DNA of 38,397 nucleotides from a virus (lineage: Duplodnaviria; Caudoviricetes), in IMG/VR virus record IMGVR_UViG_3300014656_000065, positions 1 to 38,397 of that record; one strand, 5' to 3'. Under the pieces are notes generated by a model. The model did no database searches, was not told where the DNA came from, and worked only from the letters and a program-made list of their open reading frames with translations. Positions 8,371 through 16,510 of the stretch are shown piece after piece. The position numbers and the translations under genes were made by a program. The stretch's first letter is position 1. Each line of letters opens with the position of its first letter.

Positions 8371-8430
8371 AGCAAACGAATCTATATCAGACTGCCGCTT
8401 GCCCTCGCGCCTCTATGGGTCGCTATGTTA

Positions 8431-8670
8431 TTATTGGGACGCGGCTGCCTCATAATCTCCCTCAAACAGACTCGCGGCCTTGATATGGAACTTCTCCCAC
8501 AGCCGCGTTATCATCTGCCCTGTCACGTCACGCTTGCCGCTTTCTATCTGCGAGATATAGCTTTGGTTGTACCCAAGTATCTCGGCGAACTCGGCCATGG
8601 TCAGGCCAAGGAACTTCCGTAGCTCCGCGACCCTCATGTTGCTGACGTTTATTTCATTTGATGCTTCCAT
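8431..8670 (-). CDS. XRE-family HTH regulator (Cro/repressor-like)
   Basis: ELRKFLGLTMAEFAEILGYNQSYISQIESGKR; the ATG at 8679 overlaps the -10 box, so 8670 is preferred. Confidence 0.9.
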   Translation of the reverse strand: MEASNEINVSNMRVAELRKFLGLTMAEFAEILGYNQSYISQIESGKRDVTGQMITRLWEKFHIKAASLFEGDYEAAASQ

Positions 8671-8677
8671 GTGCGGC

Positions 8678-8707
8678 ATTAAATCACAACCCCGGGATAC
8701 CTGTCAA
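8678..8707 (-). promoter_or_regulatory. Sigma70-type leftward early promoter
   Basis: TTGACA (8707-8702), 18-bp spacer, extended TGnTTTAAT (-10 at 8683-8678). Confidence 0.65.
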
Positions 8708-8798
8708 GTAAATTATTACATGTACTAGGGCGCAGACGAAAATAGTCAGGCACGAGCCTTGCACTATCCCTGTCGTACCCAACACGAGGAGGCCGGAC

Positions 8799-9014
8799 AT
8801 GACTACATATGAGCGTCTACAGCATCAGGAACAGGAGCTACGGCAGCTCGGGCAGGTTCTCGCGGATAGACTATCGAGCAGCGAAATGCAACGGCTCAGG
8901 GCGATATGCGACGCACTCACAGCAGAGCGCAGCAGGATCAGGGAGAGCATAGCGCCGGCGTGGGAGAAGGTCTGCAAGGCGAGCATGGAAGATTCCCTGC
9001 CGGTTACGTGGTAA
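8799..9014 (+). CDS. Hypothetical helical protein, divergent from the XRE gene
   Basis: GAGGAGG RBS upstream; 71 aa. Confidence 0.65.
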   Translation: MTTYERLQHQEQELRQLGQVLADRLSSSEMQRLRAICDALTAERSRIRESIAPAWEKVCKASMEDSLPVTW

Positions 9015-9054
9015 TCATCCAGCGTGAGGATATAACCCGAAAGGAGGTGACGCC

Positions 9055-9102
9055 ATGATACCGTTCCTTTTCATACTCGACCTGTTCTGGTGGCTCAGAT
9101 AG
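9055..9102 (+). CDS. 15-aa hydrophobic micropeptide MIPFLFILDLFWWLR
   Basis: Full Shine-Dalgarno AAAGGAGGTGA (9040-9050) just upstream of the ATG; terminator-like hairpin downstream. Confidence 0.5.
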   Translation: MIPFLFILDLFWWLR

Positions 9103-9122
9103 CACCGGATAGGTCGTAGTCC

Positions 9123-9145
9123 AAAGTGGAGGGGCTTCACTTTTG
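9123..9145 (+). terminator. Putative intrinsic terminator
   Basis: aaagtggag-ggg-cttcacttt stem-loop ending in a T run. Confidence 0.45.
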
Positions 9146-9157
9146 TAATAATCCCTG

Positions 9158-9186
9158 TTGACATACTGCTGATATAGTGATATTGT
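9158..9186 (+). promoter_or_regulatory. Sigma70-type promoter for the lipoprotein-integrase unit
   Basis: TTGACA (9158-9163), 17-bp spacer, TATTGT (9181-9186). Confidence 0.7.
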
Positions 9187-9223
9187 ATATTACAGAACAA
9201 CGGGCGTTAACAGGGAGGTAGGT

Positions 9224-9559
9224 ATGAGACGGATAATCGGGATCGTATTTCTCGCGGGGCTTCTGTCGTCCTGCGGTGATACCAGCTACCGCGCAGATGT
9301 CACGGCACACCCCAGCGGGGCAGAGGTAACGATAATCATTAATGACGGGGAGGGCGGTACGTGCTTCGGGGATACGAGCTTCACCTGCCCTGACGGCGGG
9401 TGCCTTGCCGTATCAGCGAGCGGGGCTGGCGAAGGCGTATACCTTCAGGTATGGAAGGTCAGAGACGGCGGGCTCAATGGACTCTTTTTCGGTGATGAAG
9501 AATTCGTCGGACATGATTCAGCGCTCGGCTCCGGGGCGACCGCTGAAGTTTGCTGGTAA
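9224..9559 (+). CDS. Putative lipoprotein
   Basis: MRRIIGIVFLAGLLSSC: basic N-terminus, hydrophobic core, lipobox Cys; GGGAGGT RBS. Confidence 0.75.
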   Translation: MRRIIGIVFLAGLLSSCGDTSYRADVTAHPSGAEVTIIINDGEGGTCFGDTSFTCPDGGCLAVSASGAGEGVYLQVWKVRDGGLNGLFFGDEEFVGHDSALGSGATAEVCW

Positions 9560-9586
9560 GCGTGCTATCAGGAAGGGGTCCTATTC

Positions 9587-10744
9587 ATGTCAGTCAAGAT
9601 TACAGCGCAGTTTGCCGATAGTGTCGCTGCTCCTGATTCGGGGGTTAAGATCCACTGGGACAGCGACCTCAAGGGCCTCGGGCTCAGGGTCATGGCGGGA
9701 GGAACCAAGACATATATCCTTAACTATCGCACGGACAGGGGGAAGCAGCGGCGCATGTCTCTCGGCAGGCACGGGCCCCTCGGCCCGGCAACGGCTCGGC
9801 GCAAGGCACTTCAGATGCTCGGAGAAGTAGTCAACGGCGGCGATCCCATGGAGGCCCGGCGAGCAGTAAGAGACGTGCTGACCTTCAGACGGCTGGCCGA
9901 TATATACATCCGAGACCATGCCAGCAGGATGAAGTCCTATGCCGAAGAGGAGCGTCGTATCCGCAAGGAACTGCTGCCAGCGTTCGGCAACGTCCCTGCC
10001 GCCGATGTCACCCGGCACTCTATCCTTAGGCGTGCTTACGAGATCAGGGACAGGGGCGCTCCGTCCAGTGCGAACAAGATGATTGCTTCGATGAGCAGAA
10101 TCTATTCGTTCGCCATGCGGGCCGGGCTCGTGGATGCATCCCCGGCCGCTGGACTTGGCCGCGTCGCAGTCGAGACTCCGAGAGACCGGTATCTGCCAGA
10201 GAGTGAGATAAGAACGGTATGGGAAGATGCTGAAGTCTTCGCCAGCCCTGCCTCAAGGGACGCACTGAGGCTGATATTGCTCACAGGGCAGAGGCCGGGA
10301 GAGGTCGCCGGTATGAAGTGGGGCGAGATAGAGGGCGACTGGTGGACTATCCCCGGCCAGCGAGCCAAGAACGGACATGCTCACAGAGTCCCGCTGTCAC
10401 CTCTCGCGCTGTCGATACTCTCAGAGCAGCCGTCACAGGGCAGGAGTGAGTATGTATTCCCCTCGAATGGCAGGGGTGTACCTGTTGGTACAAACACCCT
10501 CAGTCAGGCGGCCGCAGGGATAAGGAGGCATTCTACGCTTGAGAAGTGGACTCCACACGACCTGCGTCGGACAGCTGCAACTCATATTGCCCGGCTCGGA
10601 TTCGGCGCTCGTGTCGGGGATATTCTGAACCATACCCCACGGGGTACGACTCGCAGGATATACGATCAGTACGACTATGATGCTGAGAAACGACTGGCGC
10701 TCAATACGTGGGGCGATGAGATAGGCCGGATACTTCAAGCCTGA
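9587..10744 (+). CDS. int: Tyrosine integrase with an N-terminal arm-binding domain (P4-like)
   Basis: HWDSDLKGLGLRVMAGGTKTY arm domain; catalytic R (LTGQRPGE), K (AKNG), HxxR (PHDLRRT), H (LNH), Y (RIYDQY). Confidence 0.95.
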   Translation: MSVKITAQFADSVAAPDSGVKIHWDSDLKGLGLRVMAGGTKTYILNYRTDRGKQRRMSLGRHGPLGPATARRKALQMLGEVVNGGDPMEARRAVRDVLTFRRLADIYIRDHASRMKSYAEEERRIRKELLPAFGNVPAADVTRHSILRRAYEIRDRGAPSSANKMIASMSRIYSFAMRAGLVDASPAAGLGRVAVETPRDRYLPESEIRTVWEDAEVFASPASRDALRLILLTGQRPGEVAGMKWGEIEGDWWTIPGQRAKNGHAHRVPLSPLALSILSEQPSQGRSEYVFPSNGRGVPVGTNTLSQAAAGIRRHSTLEKWTPHDLRRTAATHIARLGFGARVGDILNHTPRGTTRRIYDQYDYDAEKRLALNTWGDEIGRILQA

Positions 10745-10826
10745 GCGCTTCGGCTGTCAATGGTAAGCCAACACTCGCCCGAGCCTGACGGACGCACCAG
10801 GAGCGAACAGTGTGCGCCTCAGTCAA

Positions 10827-10852
10827 AGGCCGTGGGCCGCCTGCCCCGGCCT
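10827..10852. terminator. GC-rich hairpin between convergent transcription units
   Basis: aggccgtgggc...gccccggcct stem between int and the end of the late operon; no clear U tract. Confidence 0.4.
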
Positions 10853-10857
10853 GCGGG

Positions 10858-11025
10858 TTAGAGGAGTATCGCCGGTGCGCCCGTTACGGCACCGGACTCT
10901 TCTCTGCGATAGACATGCACCTCGCCGGTCTCAGACTCAAAGAGAATCCATTCCGGCGTACAGACCCACCCCTTCCAGCCGGGCATGGGTTCGCCGTATC
11001 TTCCGACTTCGACACGTTCATCCAT
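10858..11025 (-). CDS. Hypothetical protein
   Basis: GGGAGGTGA RBS before MDERVEVGRYGEPMPGWKGWV... Confidence 0.6.
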   Translation of the reverse strand: MDERVEVGRYGEPMPGWKGWVCTPEWILFESETGEVHVYRREESGAVTGAPAILL

Positions 11026-11111
11026 GCTGATCACCTCCCTTCGTGATAATGCGAGGGCCGCCATCTTCGTGCATGACGGCCCCTGTACTCCTCCTACGCG
11101 TGGTAGGTGAG

Positions 11112-11411
11112 CTATCCGTAAAACTTCTCCACTGTTTCGCCTCTGTCGTTCATCACCCATACAAACAGTTTCTCTGCTTGCACCTGTCTCAGGTCTACCA
11201 AGAACCGCAAGGATTCCTCTCCCTTTCTCTCAAGGGTTATTATCCTTATCTCGCTGAGGTCATCGCCCTTTGCCGGATGAGGAGATATCTCCCTGACTCC
11301 GGGATCTATTCGGTCTCTTGGCTGCTTAGTGTGATAGCCTATTCCCTCGAAAGTCGAAGTATCCGAACCCCTGTCTTCATCGAGGTGGGGCATTACGAAT
11401 TTAATAAACAT
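11112..11411 (-). CDS. Hypothetical protein
   Basis: 99 aa; AGGTAGG upstream; ends WVMNDRGETVEKFYG. Confidence 0.65.
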   Translation of the reverse strand: MFIKFVMPHLDEDRGSDTSTFEGIGYHTKQPRDRIDPGVREISPHPAKGDDLSEIRIITLERKGEESLRFLVDLRQVQAEKLFVWVMNDRGETVEKFYG

Positions 11412-11443
11412 CTTCCTACCTACCTTTCTGTCTGTCTAGTAAC

Positions 11444-11510
11444 GGGGGCGGCCTGATGTTATTTCAATCATGCAGTTAGTCGAAACGTCCCCGCCTGTAG
11501 TGCCGCCCCC
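11444..11510. repeat. Intergenic inverted repeat: 9-bp GC stem, 49-nt interior
   Basis: gggggcggc (11444-11452) / gccgccccc (11502-11510). Confidence 0.8.
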
Positions 11511-11522
11511 TGTCCTCACGTG

Positions 11523-11786
11523 TTACTCGGGCAGCGCCTCTGCCGCGATGGCATCCTCGAGGAACTTATCCCCGACCACATCGGAGGCGGCTCCGATAGT
11601 ATGCAGGGCTGCCGCGGCAGGTACGTCCTTCATCTCGTTGACGGTCTGTGCGCCGGACGTGACCACGGAAATAAGCTCGTCGAGATCGTCAGCACCTACG
11701 CCATCACCACGGACGGCGTTGACGAGATTACCGATCGCCTGTCCGAAACTCACTACCTCTGCCTTTGTGTAATCGCTTGCGCTCAT
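11523..11786 (-). CDS. Hypothetical protein at the end of the lysis region
   Basis: ATGA-coupled; 87 aa. Confidence 0.7.
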   Translation of the reverse strand: MSASDYTKAEVVSFGQAIGNLVNAVRGDGVGADDLDELISVVTSGAQTVNEMKDVPAAAALHTIGAASDVVGDKFLEDAIAAEALPE

Positions 11787-12262
11787 TTCTTATCCTTTCG
11801 TGTTAACGCTACAATCAACTTCAGAATTTCAAGGATGATCCCGGCGAGGATTTTCCAGTTCGATACCTGGTCAGTGCCAGCCTGCTTATTGATCTCTTTA
11901 TTCGTCTTCTGTACGCCCGCTGCCAGTGCGGAGCCGGTTGCGGTTAGAACGGCAGCCGGTATCGCTACCTGCCAGGCTGTACCCAGCAGCATCGCGCCGC
12001 CCGCTATCGTCAGGGCCGTACCTCCTACAACGCCCAGCATCTTCAGGGCCCTTGCAGCACCGCGGACAATGGCGTTCCGTTGAGGGCCGAGGCGGGGTAT
12101 CTCGTAGTTCAGGTACTTCATCTCATCGGGCGTCATACCGATCATGATAGACCGCCTGTACCCGTCCGGCTGGATAGGCCCCTGCACGAGGACCTTATCA
12201 TCCGCGCCGCCTGTCTCTATGACCATCCGGCCGTGGATCCAGTTGTCTATCTCTTTGCTCAT
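11783..12262 (-). CDS. Membrane protein, possibly holin-like or a lysis accessory
   Basis: Start MSKEIDNW coupled to the MTase stop with GGAGG; 2-3 hydrophobic helices and a basic C-terminus (TRKDKK). Confidence 0.6.
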   Translation of the reverse strand: MSKEIDNWIHGRMVIETGGADDKVLVQGPIQPDGYRRSIMIGMTPDEMKYLNYEIPRLGPQRNAIVRGAARALKMLGVVGGTALTIAGGAMLLGTAWQVAIPAAVLTATGSALAAGVQKTNKEINKQAGTDQVSNWKILAGIILEILKLIVALTRKDKK

Positions 12263-13542
12263 ACTGCAAGCACCTCCTGCTTCTGTGCCTGTAGCCGGTT
12301 CGCTGCTATCTCGCAATATGCCTCGTTCATCTCTATACCAATCGCTGACCTGCCCTCGTTCTGCGCCGCTATCAGGGTCGAGCCTGAACCGGCGAACGGG
12401 TCGAGTACGGTGCCGCCCGTGGGTGTTTTTGTGAGGCGGCATAGATACTGCATGAGGGCGAGCGGCTTGACGGTGGGGTGATGGTTCTGCGTCGGCAAGT
12501 TCATTGTGCGCCGTGACCCATCGGAGCCAATGTGTTCCTTATTCATTTGGTGCGCTGGTGCCATCCGCTGCACCATCCCCTCGCACCCCGCATTCCGCTC
12601 TGCCCTGCTCGCTTTGGCGCAGTAGAAGAATCGGGCTGCGGAGCCGGTGTCGCCGTAACTAATTTCTTCTCGACCTAACATCCCAAGCGAATGCAGAAAC
12701 TGTGGATGGTGCTCTCTCTGGCGGGTACAGTCCTTGCCTGAACTCGTCACCGGGAACAGCCCCACCACCTCATCGCTCCCGTCGTGTATCAGGTTCGCAG
12801 GGAAGCGGCCGGCGTGCGTTGTGGGCGTCCGCTTGACGTTTGCGGCCAGCATTCCCCCGGCGTCCCATGTTTGCCCCGTCTCGGCCCGGAATCCATTTAC
12901 TGTAATCTTATCCGTCCCCACCCGCCCCCCGTCCACGTTCAGACCGGCGACCCCATGCGTCAGGGCGTTGTTAGCAAAGGTTCCGTCGCAAGGATTCATC
13001 GCCAGTATTATCGGCTCCCATGCGGGTTTTAATGCTGTGCCCCATCCGTTCCAGGTCTCGGCCTCGGGGGTTGCGGGGGCGGTTGTCGCCGCATCCGACC
13101 CGAAACGATAGGCCTTCTCGCCGCTTTGCCCGACAACGCTCGGCCTCGTTTCACTCCGTGTCTTACTATCGGTCCTTACTCTCTCCGCACCCGCCGCCTT
13201 GTCAATCGCCTTGCTGATATCGTGCGATTTCGGGAAGCCCTGCGCGTACACCCACATGAGACAGTCCCGAATCTCAAACCCCGCGTCCTCGATTGCGCAA
13301 GTGAGCCGGTGAAAGGTGCGAGTCCCGCCGAACGAGAGGCACATCGCACCGGGTTTGCAGGTGGCTAGTATCAGTTGCCAGAAGTGAACACCCGGCACGC
13401 CCCGATCCCAATCCTTACCCATGAACGTCAAACCATATGGCGGGTCGGTGATGACCGTATCCATACCGGACAGGGACGGGAGTATATCCCGGCAGTCACC
13501 GTGATAGATCGTGATGCCGTTGTGGGAGTAGTAGGGACTCAC
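12259..13542 (-). CDS. DNA methyltransferase, N6-A/N4-C beta class
   Basis: [58 protein letters not shown]. Confidence 0.93.
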   Translation of the reverse strand: MSPYYSHNGITIYHGDCRDILPSLSGMDTVITDPPYGLTFMGKDWDRGVPGVHFWQLILATCKPGAMCLSFGGTRTFHRLTCAIEDAGFEIRDCLMWVYAQGFPKSHDISKAIDKAAGAERVRTDSKTRSETRPSVVGQSGEKAYRFGSDAATTAPATPEAETWNGWGTALKPAWEPIILAMNPCDGTFANNALTHGVAGLNVDGGRVGTDKITVNGFRAETGQTWDAGGMLAANVKRTPTTHAGRFPANLIHDGSDEVVGLFPVTSSGKDCTRQREHHPQFLHSLGMLGREEISYGDTGSAARFFYCAKASRAERNAGCEGMVQRMAPAHQMNKEHIGSDGSRRTMNLPTQNHHPTVKPLALMQYLCRLTKTPTGGTVLDPFAGSGSTLIAAQNEGRSAIGIEMNEAYCEIAANRLQAQKQEVLAV

Positions 13543-13934
13543 ATCGGCACCGTCCTCGGGTGTACCTGGAAGTGAATGTGGTTATCATGCTTCCCGCTCT
13601 TATCCCGCCAGCCGTAGAAGCAGCAGTACATCTCGGGCCGCTGTGGGTCGTACTGGAACAGGTCGTTGATATGCATCGCTATCATCTCCGCCTCTGCCGT
13701 CAGCAGCCCCCCCTCGTATATGATGCCATCACATACATCTACGTCTATGCCCCGCCATACACCGTGTACGCCCTTATCCCGCTTAATGGACGTTATCAGC
13801 AGGGACTTGCCGAACAGCTTGTAATAGTACGAGGCGGCCTCGAAATAGACCGCCTGCAACATCGGGTGCATACGGTTGAACTCGGACTGCCCCGACTCGC
13901 CCATCTCCTGCGTATAGTTCAGGAGCCGTTTCAT
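13539..13934 (-). CDS. Putative endolysin, Zn peptidase M15-like
   Basis: ITSIKR...[11 protein letters not shown] (H-x6-D) and HDNHIHFQV (HxH); downstream of a holin-like gene. Confidence 0.7.
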   Translation of the reverse strand: MKRLLNYTQEMGESGQSEFNRMHPMLQAVYFEAASYYYKLFGKSLLITSIKRDKGVHGVWRGIDVDVCDGIIYEGGLLTAEAEMIAMHINDLFQYDPQRPEMYCCFYGWRDKSGKHDNHIHFQVHPRTVPM

Positions 13935-14009
13935 TTACCCTTCGCCTCTCTTAGCAGCTTCTCGATATCGCTCAGCTTGTCCTCTATGCGGTCGAGCTGC
14001 CATCACTCA

Positions 14010-14240
14010 TCATCCCTTTTTGGTAAGCAAGTATATCAATGCCAGAACAGATGGTATCAACCCCGCGATTGCTCCCCAGACACCGGCCTTTACCTTGAGC
14101 GTGGCGATATCAACGGATATCTTCTTGATATCTTTCTCGATCTTCCCCTGGCAGCCATTGAGCCGATCAAGCTCTTTCAAGACGTGCCTGCTCCACTCGT
14201 TCCAGCCATTGTCTTTCGTGTTGCCATTCATTCCTGCCAT
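14010..14240 (-). CDS. Holin-like protein (coiled coil plus C-terminal TM helix)
   Basis: VLKELDRLN...IATLKVKAGVWGAIAGLIPSVLALIYLLTKKG; lies between tail genes and the endolysin. Confidence 0.6.
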   Translation of the reverse strand: MAGMNGNTKDNGWNEWSRHVLKELDRLNGCQGKIEKDIKKISVDIATLKVKAGVWGAIAGLIPSVLALIYLLTKKG

Positions 14241-16510
14241 CAATCTCCTCCCCAAGCCATTGCCAGTCCATAGATCACCGCGGGCCAGGTGGACTCGACC
14301 CTCAGCATCAATGTCTTGTTCACGCTGCTCTGTGCGCTCAGGTCGATGTCGACATGCCCCTCGCCCCGGACGTGAGCGGGCGTATCACTGACCCAGTTCG
14401 CGCCGCCGTCCCTGCTTACCTTCAGCGTCACCCGCTCCGTTCCACCATCTTCGAGCGGGAAGTCGAACCACCTGAGCTGTGCATCACTCGTTTCGGAGAC
14501 ATTGTCGCTATTCCCCATTTTGGTAATAGAGAAAGTCTTGTCCGATTGCTCTGCCATCGATACCTGGCAGGTGCCGACTAGCACCTCGCTGCTGGCTATG
14601 TATATGTGCGCTTTGACTAGATTGGCATCAGCATCTATCTCCAGCTTGACGATGTACGCGCCCGACGAAAGGTTGTCAGATATCGTAGAGGACGTGGACA
14701 CCCACGCCCCGGCTTCGAAACGCTGTACGTTAAAATCGATTGAGGATGCGCCGATGGTGATATAGAACAGCGCGTAATTATTCGATGAGCGGTTATAATT
14801 GAACTTGCAGTAGAAAGGTATGTCCGAGGTGTTGCCGTCTGCGTAGACCAGAAACCGCACATAGCCGTTATCAGGCTGCTGGTAGTAGGCCCTTTCTGCG
14901 TTGTCGCCGATATACTCAGTCGTCCAGTTGAGAGGACGCAGACGCAGATCCCCCCTGTTTGCTTCACTCAAGACCGGATTGCCGACAAGGTTGGAGATGT
15001 CATTAACAGTATCATGCTCGATAATATAGCCGCCGAGCGAGCCATCAGAACAGCTTATGTTGTACCAATCCTGCAGGGCGTCTTCGTCGGCGAAGTTATA
15101 TCGGCCCCACTGATCCATATGGTAATAGATACGCACCAAGTCCACCGCCCTACCGACGGGGATCTCTAAGGACTGGATAAGAGATAGCTCTGACTCCTCT
15201 CTGAATCTTCCCCGAAGCCCGAATAGCGTGCTCGCCATCGCGCCTTGCAGTCGCCATATATCAGCGTTGGTATAATACTCCACCGTCTTCATCCTGCCGG
15301 ACCCGTACCCGCTGCCGTCTACCATCAGCACATTATATTTGTCGTTGGCATGAGCGTCCTTCAGGACCGTCTGTGCAAATTCGTCGTACGCGCTGTGTTC
15401 TATCTTCGTGGATGATATCTCGCTGGCCTTCAGCGCTATCACCTTACGGTCGAGCTCGGCGAGCATCCGCCCGGCATCCTTCTTCGCCCGGGCGTCACCT
15501 ATCTCAAGGCTCTGCGAGAATCCGGCCTCGCCCTCGTATGAATACTCCACGCTCTCGATGTCGGCTGTGACCAGACTGGTACCGTCGCGGTCGACCAGTT
15601 CCACAGTGCCGCGATATGGGAAGTGCTTCTGCGCTGAGATTATTGGCGTGAAGTCGTATACCTTTGCTGGAGCCTTGTTGTCATCGACCTGCCCTGTACC
15701 CCATGTCACGCTGTCCGCGAGGTCTGCGAACTCCGGAGCGTCTATCACCTTCGTGCGCTTCTTGTAGCTCGCGATAGATGTCGTATCGTCTTCATGTAGG
15801 ATCAAAGAGCCGTTAGATACCGCGCCCTTTGTCTTAATGAGCACGTCGTTATAGAGCTCCTCCATCGTCTCGGATACTGTCAGGTCTGCGACGTTGAGCC
15901 CCACCTGGAAGTGGCCCCGCTTCGTCGTCGTCTTGTCCTCGAAGTAGAATGTGCCGTCCTCATCAACGCCGTAGTCGACATCAGCCTGGAACTCAGCGAG
16001 TTTCTTGATGATGTCCGCCGCCGACTGGTACTCAAGCTCTATGTCGCCTATGGTTGCCGATGATGCCAGGACGGTGCTCCCGGCTGTCTCGCAGTACGTC
16101 TGCGCCTTGATATTATCAAAGATAGCATCGACCACAGATTCAACGTCGGTCTCTTCGATGTACTGCGTCGGTATCGCCCACTCGAACTGAGCCCAGAATC
16201 CCCAACCCTTCACTGTCACCGTATCCTTGACGTAGTCCTCATCGACAGAGAGGATCATCCCGCGATACCTGCAGCCTCTCTCTTCGTCATCGCTCTTCGT
16301 GTAGACCTCTATCAGGTTGCCGACCGATACGCTGTGTCCTTGAGCGCGCTCGCGGGAGGCTGTAAGCTCTATCTCACAGCATCCACCTATGCGGCTGAGG
16401 GTGTACTGCAGCTCATGGATAGCAGCGCCGCCCGAGACGTGGTTCGAGAAGTACGCGGCAAGCGATTCATCGGCCTGAGAACGGACGTATACTTCGATCG
16501 TCATACTCAT
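14240..16510 (-). CDS. Tail tip/baseplate hub (Tal-like) protein with a C-terminal beta-rich domain
   Basis: Position after Dit; YGVDEDGTFYF and LYNDVLI hub-like motifs; ATGA coupling at 16507-16510; SRDGGANW motif near the C-terminus. Confidence 0.7.
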   Translation of the reverse strand: MSMTIEVYVRSQADESLAAYFSNHVSGGAAIHELQYTLSRIGGCCEIELTASRERAQGHSVSVGNLIEVYTKSDDEERGCRYRGMILSVDEDYVKDTVTVKGWGFWAQFEWAIPTQYIEETDVESVVDAIFDNIKAQTYCETAGSTVLASSATIGDIELEYQSAADIIKKLAEFQADVDYGVDEDGTFYFEDKTTTKRGHFQVGLNVADLTVSETMEELYNDVLIKTKGAVSNGSLILHEDDTTSIASYKKRTKVIDAPEFADLADSVTWGTGQVDDNKAPAKVYDFTPIISAQKHFPYRGTVELVDRDGTSLVTADIESVEYSYEGEAGFSQSLEIGDARAKKDAGRMLAELDRKVIALKASEISSTKIEHSAYDEFAQTVLKDAHANDKYNVLMVDGSGYGSGRMKTVEYYTNADIWRLQGAMASTLFGLRGRFREESELSLIQSLEIPVGRAVDLVRIYYHMDQWGRYNFADEDALQDWYNISCSDGSLGGYIIEHDTVNDISNLVGNPVLSEANRGDLRLRPLNWTTEYIGDNAERAYYQQPDNGYVRFLVYADGNTSDIPFYCKFNYNRSSNNYALFYITIGASSIDFNVQRFEAGAWVSTSSTISDNLSSGAYIVKLEIDADANLVKAHIYIASSEVLVGTCQVSMAEQSDKTFSITKMGNSDNVSETSDAQLRWFDFPLEDGGTERVTLKVSRDGGANWVSDTPAHVRGEGHVDIDLSAQSSVNKTLMLRVESTWPAVIYGLAMAWGGD

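Noticed and set aside
7782-8375. 197-aa ORF spanning the hairpin cluster
   Set aside because: TTG start without RBS, low-complexity Pro/Arg/Ser content, and overlap with a better RBS-supported small ORF; only the last 28 codons look real
10745-10857. attP site next to the integrase
   Set aside because: Plausible location, but I see no tRNA-like core or arm-type repeats; it cannot be supported without the host sequence
2028-13542. Restriction-modification or other defence system
   Set aside because: Both methyltransferases are orphans with no adjacent endonuclease or specificity subunit; typical phage anti-restriction genes
13931-14002. Start-less coiled-coil fragment [23 protein letters not shown] between holin and endolysin
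   Set aside because: Preceded by an in-frame stop and not reachable by a -1 slip at the holin's AAAAAG; at best a gene remnant
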